A program made the translations under genes and the position numbers. DNA of 64,000 nucleotides from Camelus dromedarius (taxonomy: Eukaryota), in contig NC_087447.1 in the NCBI RefSeq assembly GCF_036321535.1, positions 6,882,001 through 6,946,000 on the forward strand, given 5' to 3'. This document shows positions 58,020-64,000 of this stretch, one piece after another. Position 1 is the first letter of the stretch; each line of letters opens with the position of its first letter. The notes beneath the pieces are model-generated. The model searched no databases and was not told the origin of the DNA. It saw nothing but the letters and a program-made list of their open reading frames with translations.

Positions 58020-58500
58020 CTTTGGCAACTTCACATTGTCCATGCAGTGGTGTGATGCACAGTTATGGGGTTTTGGTGTCCCAGAGTCCTAATATCTACA
58101 AATGGGCTGACTGCAGACCCTGCTTCCTCCTATGGGCAGGAGGAGGCCACACTTGCTCCCCCTGACCCCAGCAACCAAGGTACGGGCATCTGACCTGAGC
58201 TCAGCCGATCAGATTTTGCACGAGGACCTGGAAAGAGGGAAGAACAACTGAAGATCCAGCAAGGTGGTAGCCTCACATGTCCAGCAGCCCCGGGCTTCTG
58301 GTATCCAGTGTGGAGATGGCAGAACGCTACAGTTTGCTTCTGTGGCTGCGTCCTCATGTGGTCCTGGTGGCCAGCGTCCCACACTTACTGCCCTTTGAGT
58401 CTGTTCTTTCTCTGAATTTTGCAACTCCCAAGTGTCCTAGTAAACTCCTTTTCTGCTCAAATTAGCCAATATGGTTTTCTCTTGTTTGCAACCAGGATCC
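58020..58500 (+). mobile_element. MaLR LTR (MLT1-like)
   Basis: 3' end taaactccttttctgctcaaattagccaatatggttttctcttgtttgcaacca is typical of MLT1. Confidence 0.5.
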
Positions 58501-58905
58501 CTGCTGGTCCAGACCGCTTGGCAGGCCTCGTGAGGACTCCAGGGTGGGGCTGGTGGCCACGCCTCCAGTCTTGAGGCCCACAGAACCCTGAGCTGCTGCA
58601 AGGTCCACACCTCCAGGCCTTTGCTCAGACTGTTCTCTGCCTCACCTGCTCCTCCCAATCCTGTCTCACCTGCTGAGTCCTGCCTTGGTTAGGTTTGGTT
58701 CAGGTGTGGCCTCTGCTCAGTCTTTCCTCCCTGCCTGTTCCTTCTGCAGAGGCAGCATGATGAGCAAGAGCACAGATTCCAGAGGTCAATGGGGTTTGGA
58801 TACTGGCGCTGCCAGTTTCTAGATGTGTGACCCCAGGCGAGTTACTTGTTTCTCTGTGCCTCCGTTTCCTTATCTGTAAAATGGAAACAATAATAGGACA
58901 AATTT

Positions 58906-59059
58906 AGCGGGGAGGATATAGCTCAAGTGGTAGAGCGCATGCCTAGCGTGCACAGGGTCCTGGGTTCAATCCCCAGTACCTCCTCTAAAAAAAATAAATA
59001 AATAAACATAATTACCTCCCCCCCTCAAAAACAAACAAACAAAAAAAGCAATTAAAAAA
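58906..59059 (+). mobile_element. Full-length camelid tRNA-Ala-derived SINE inserted into a MIR
   Basis: A box (TAGCTCAAGTGG), B box (GGTTCAATCC), AAATAAAT/ATTACCTCCC tail, and a perfect 17-bp TSD AATAATAGGACAAATTT at 58889-58905 and 59060-59076. Confidence 0.92.
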
Positions 59060-59330
59060 AATAATAGGACAAATTTCCCCCACTATCTAAAAGTAGAGCA
59101 TTCTTGTCAAACCTTTGTAGGCCGAAATGGTGTAAAGCAAAAAAGCACATATCTTGCTAACGGATGCACAAAGTAGATGGAGATGAAGCACAGATGCTCA
59201 CTTGATACTGAGGTGCTGAGTGCAGTTCCTGGTGGAGGAGTCTGGCGGGACCACTGTGGCTGCTTCTCTGCCAGCGTGCTGCAAAACCAACAACTGAACG
59301 CTATTTTCACTTTTTACCTTTTTTCCTAGG

Positions 59331-59510
59331 TCAGATAAACAATGAATTTTTGTTTAGCATAAGCATGTCCCAAATCCAATAAACAGTGAATATTTTTGTA
59401 GTACACATATGTCCCATGCAATATTTGGGATGTGTTTAAACTAAAGCAAATCTCATTGTTTATCTGGCATTCAAATTGAACCAGGCATCCTGTGTTTCAT
59501 TTGGCAATCT
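59331..59510. mobile_element. MER53 hAT MITE remnant with internal duplication
   Basis: cagataaacaatgaatttt...atgtccca occurs twice, followed by atatttgggat...attgtttatctggcattcaaattgaaccaggcatcctgt. Confidence 0.7.
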
Positions 59511-61377
59511 TGCGTGGTACACTGCACGTGGAGCACAGACAGACCATGTGAGGTCTGCTTTCGTGGTGTGACAGCGTCTCATGCGCGCCTTGCCCGATAT
59601 TAAGATAGTGTAGACCCTTTCATGCGCAGCAGTTGTACGTGCTTCTCTCCTTCATTCCCAAGACCTTGGGCTTCTGCCCCCAATCTCTTCCTCCCATCCA
59701 TCTTCCCCGCTACGGCCCCAACAACCCACATGGAGAAACAACCAAAGGTCTCCCTCGCCTCCTTGTCACCTGGGAACCACAGCCCAGGCCTGCTCAGCTT
59801 GGGTCTCAGTGGGAGCACCCCACACCTGAACATGCCAAGCCAATCAGCACCATCCTGCCCAAACCATTCCCTCTTCTGGATTCCCCTTCTTCCTTCTCTG
59901 GCCAGGATACCTGACTTGTTGAAGATTGAGTAGTCCCTCCTTGGTGGAGTCTTTCTGGAGCTCCTAAGCCAAGTGGCTCTCTCCTCTCACTGCCAGAGCG
60001 TTCTCTACAAGTGTCTGTATTGGCACATCTCCCAGCACTGGTCACCTGTGAACCTGGGCCATCACCCATCCCCATACCCAGGGGCTTCTCCTGGGCAGAA
60101 TCAGGTCATGATCATCTATCTGTGTATTCTCAGGACCTGCCTGAGACCTGTCCCACATGCAGCGATTGGTCAACCAGTGTTTACTGGGGACCATTCACTA
60201 CAGAGTGGACTGTATTCTATTACGTTCGTAAGTCACTGTTTACTTACCTTTTCTTATATTTGGGCCCTTTAGGCCAGTTCCAGTTTTTCTTCTTGGTGTG
60301 AATCATCTGCTGTGGATCTCTGGGTGAATTATTTTTACTACCTTTGGAGTTGTTTCTTTAGCCCTAGTTTCCAAAGCAAAGTTAACAGGACAAAGTTCTG
60401 GCTAGTTTTGTAGACCTTGTTATATGTTGCCGCATCCCTCTGGGACAGATCAAAGCCAGTGACAGAGCTCCCAGCTTCTGAGAATTGGTTCCACCCTGAA
60501 GCTCAGTGCGTGCCCAGGGTGACAGGCCCTCTGCAGGGCACTGCAGGCCATGGAGATTCTGCTTATGTCACATGGACAGGAACCATGATATTTTTAAGTT
60601 ATCTGGAAAGGTTCAATGTGATGCAGAGAGCACACTGCATACAATTCCTGCCGCAACCCACAGGGCTGTCAGAAGCCCTGGTGGAGCTCAGTGTGAAGAA
60701 GGACACATCTGAGGTCACTATTTGTTCTCTAATTGGATTGCCATCCATCGTTTGGCCAGCAAATGGACAAGATTCTGAAAAATCTGACAGTGCAAAATGA
60801 TGACAATTTCATCTATTGACTTAAGACTTTCTGTGACTTGTGGAGAAGCTTCTATTTCAAGCCTGCTCGGTGGAACATCTTATACCACCTGGTAGAGACA
60901 GAAGCATCCTCAGGATCAGCCCAGCTCTGGCTCCTCTGCAGACCTGCCCAAGGGGTCCTGGGGAGGCACTGCCTTGGCTCAGCAGAGAAAAGAGTGACCA
61001 GGTTCAGATTGCAAAGTGGGGAGGGAATGGGAGAAGGGTGAACTGTATAGGTAAGAGTACAGCAGAGGGGACGGCTGGGACGGTGCTGGGAAATGAAGCT
61101 CATGGCCCAGTATGAGCAGGGGCTTGTTCAAGGATGGCGGAATATTAGGTGGGTTAGAAACAAGGGTGTCCACAAGTTGAGGGTCTTGAATGGCACACTC
61201 TTTGCTTCTCAATGTACAATTGATAGATGACTTCTACACCAAAAATTGGAGAGATTCTCCACTTTCTTATACGTTTCTCTAGGATTCCTTTAAATAGTGC
61301 CAACCCAGACCCCAACCCCACCTCCTTGCATCTCTGGGGGTTCGTTTACCAAATATCACTAGCAGGTAGCTTTGGTC

Positions 61378-61566
61378 GGGTTGCCAAGTAAAATACAGGA
61401 TACTCAGTGAAATTTGAATTTCAGATGAAAAACAAATACTTTTTAAAGTATAAGTCTATCCTGTGCAATGTCTGGGATCGACTTTTGCTAAAAAGTGATT
61501 CACTGTTTATCTGAAATTCGAATTTCTCTGGGTGTCCTATATTTTGTTTGCTAAATCTGATAGCCC
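61378..61566. mobile_element. MER53 palindromic hAT MITE (near full length)
   Basis: gggttgccaagtaaaatacagga...gaaatttgaatttcagat / atctgaaattcgaatttc...tcctatatttt...tagccc inverted-repeat structure. Confidence 0.8.
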
Positions 61567-62045
61567 TAACTTTAAGCCCCCCAGGCACTGGGGAGATGGG
61601 TGGCAGCCCAGGTTCAAAGGGCTGGTTTACTGCACAGAGCTGGTGGTGGAGATTCTCGAGGCTGGAGGCTGCCCCAGGAAAACCAGAGGCTAGAAAGGGG
61701 AGGCCAATGGGACGGGGGATGTGGCTCATCAACCAACTTTCTATCTCCCTCAGTCTCCCAGGGGCGGACGAAGGGCCCACTCCAAGCCTGAGGAGAAGCC
61801 CGTGCGGCAGCCTGTTGAGAAGCAGAAGCCAGAAGACCCTCAGGTCTCTAGGGAGCCAGGCACAGAGGTGACAGGAAGCCCCAGGACCTCCCAAGGCAGA
61901 GGGCCAGGATGGCAGGAGGGCTGGAGAAATTCTTCTCCTGCCTGGATGGAGATCTGAACCCCCAGCCATTGCACCCCACCATCTTGCTATTGGGTGTGGG
62001 AGGACCCAGCTCCTGGGCAGCCAGCCTCGTGCCCCTTCAGTCACC

Positions 62046-63942
62046 ATGACACCCTCTCTGCCAAAGCCACCTTCTTCAGATTCTTCAGAGCAAAAGCTGG
62101 GCCTCCAAGAGGAAGCCACTGTCACGTTCCTGTTTACACTCCTGAGCACAGCAGAGCCCACCAAAGACCCTGAAGAGTAAGGCGGTGTGCACGTGTGTGA
62201 GGGTGTGAAGAGGAGCGGGGCACAGGGTGCTTCTCCCCGACCATCACCATTCAGACCTGGGCTAGGACTCAGCCCTGGGGTGTGCAGGGGCATGGCTAAG
62301 ATAGGACTGAGGAAGCCTCAACCTCGGGCTGGATCCCCATTCTGCCCACCCTAACCCTGCCCCAGTCTCTAGACTCTGGTCCAACCCTCATTGCCCACCT
62401 ACCCCAGGGACTTGGAGAGCCAGGCGTGCTGGTTCCTGGATAAGGAAGACTGGGGCCCCCAGCGGACCTCGAAGGAAATGAGCCATTTGCAGAATATTTG
62501 CCAGAGGTGAGCTGGGAAGGGGCAGGTGGGGACAGGTAGGAGGGGGAATGAGGACAGGTAGGGTGACAGGGCTTTGCCCTGTGGAGGTCAGGGACTGGGG
62601 CTTGACAGCTATGGGTTTGCACCTTCACTCAGCCTTGGTCTTCCCCTCCTTCCCTTGCCTTCTGTCTGTTCTACTCTGGATGACATCCTTGCTGGCCAAT
62701 CAGTCCCTTCCCTCCCCAGCATTGGTGTCCTTGTATGTGAGCAGGAGTGGAGGCCACAGCTCTTTCCCATCAGTGCGCCCACCTGCCTGGATAGTGGGCC
62801 GTCTATAGGCTGCCTAGAAGGGACCCCATCTTTAATTGTCCAAGAACCTGAGGGGTAGTTTGGTCTGTGGGGAAGTGGCAGGGAGGGTCTGTTCTCTGCA
62901 TGTCAGACTCTGGACATTAGGTCTGCACAATCCCATGGCCGCTTGCCTGTCTGAGGCAATACTAGGGTCAGATCTCCACCTGGTGACAGAGGTCTTGGGA
63001 TGGGGGTGTGTGACGTCATTCCCCCAAGGCTGCACATGGCTCCCATGGCCATGGATCTGTGTGGTTGGCACTTTCATTCATCCACAGCTGGCTCAGCCAC
63101 TCCGGCAGGGCTAGTTCCACACAGTTCCACACGGAAACCACCCAGAACCTGTCACAGCCCCCACTGCAGCCCAGAGGGGTGGGGTGGCCAGCCCTATAGG
63201 CTGCCTTAGAGGATTCCTATCTAAGCATATGCGATGAAGTCACCTGCTCTTCTCTGGCTAAAGAAGAAGAAAAGCACAGTTCGGCTCTGTGCGGTCCCTT
63301 GCTGTGGGTCACGTGGGGAGATCAATTCCCTCCCTGCCTGTGGCTTCCCCAGAGCCAGCCTGAGCTCTTGGTGAAACACTGGGCTCCTGGCTGGTGCCAG
63401 ATCCTGTAGCTCATGCAAGAGCTGTGTGTTGGGGGTGGGGGTGAGGGCTGCCTAAGACAAGCTCCTGGGGGCTGAGCAGAGGGTCTCTTTTTCAACTCTA
63501 GGCTTCGGGAGTCCCTGAGTACCATCCAAGCAGACAACCTGGCCCTGGGGGAGAAGCTGCAAGACCTGGTGAGAGCCTCAGTCTAGGACCCTCTTCTTCA
63601 CTGTGCCTCCTCCCTGTCTCCTGGACCAGCTCCTGTGCTGGCAGTCCTGCCTGGGGTTGGCTACTCACCTCTGGCCCCTGCAACCCTTTGTTCCAGCCTA
63701 ACTCTTTGTACAAGAGCCTGAAGGAGGAAGCAAAGGCCATCCTAGATGGAGAGAGGGCCATCCAGGAGGAAGGGAAGGACACCCAGGAGGGAGCCCAGGC
63801 CTTCCAAGAGGGGGCACTGTTCCAGGTACACAGACCTCCACTCGGGTGCGTGGGGCGAGAGGACAGCATGCCCAGCCACTGACTCAGCTCCCCTTGCCTG
63901 CAGCCGCCCAGTTCCCAGAAGGATGAGCTGGCCATCCTGTAG
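62046..63942 (+). CDS. Uncharacterised 154-aa leucine-zipper/coiled-coil protein (predicted, 5 coding exons)
   Basis: Exons 62046-62176, 62408-62506, 63502-63568, 63697-63825, 63904-63942 total 465 nt. Phases 2,2,0,0 are consistent, all GT-AG with pyrimidine tracts, accATG Kozak. MTPSLPKPPSSDSSEQKLGLQEEATVTFLFTLLSTAEPTKDPEEDLESQACWFLDKEDWGPQRTSKEMSHLQNICQRLRESLSTIQADNLALGEKLQDLPNSLYKSLKEEAKAILDGERAIQEEGKDTQEGAQAFQEGALFQPPSSQKDELAIL*. Confidence 0.8.
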
Positions 63943-64000
63943 CCTGACGCTCCCCACAACCATGGAAACCAGTGGCAGCCCTGGCTGGGCCCGAGGCTGG

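Noticed and set aside
61754-61867. Upstream exon candidate as an additional coding exon of the novel gene
   Set aside because: Joining to the 62041 acceptor needs a phase-1 end, but that frame contains stops. At most it is a 5'UTR exon.
61421-62293. 290-aa minus-strand ORF
   Set aside because: No recognisable domain, it runs into a MER53 element, and it is antisense to the first exon of the better-supported spliced + strand gene.

Overview
This is mammalian genomic DNA, very likely a camelid, judged from four tRNA-Ala-derived vic-1-type SINEs. It is orthologous to the gene-dense human 11q13.1 cluster read in reverse: SYVN1(+), MRPL49(-), FAU(+), ZNHIT2(+), TM7SF2(-), VPS51(-), TMEM262(+), ZFPL1(-), CDCA5(+). 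I rebuilt all nine genes exon by exon with canonical GT-AG junctions and intact frames; a few exon parts fall inside N gaps. The window also holds an RPL35A retrocopy in VPS51 intron 2 and many L1, L2, MIR, MaLR and hAT repeats. Strongest lead: an unrecognised five-coding-exon gene at 62046-63942(+) encoding a 154-aa protein with a five-heptad leucine zipper that is assembled across a splice junction. Other leads: a pure (CGG)20 tract in the CDCA5 5' leader, head-on poly(A) signals of TMEM262 and ZFPL1 only 8 bp apart, upstream ORFs in TM7SF2, and a miR-1302-like 21-mer in a MER53 remnant. Gene and repeat identities come from recalled reference sequences, not database searches, and repeat boundaries are approximate.
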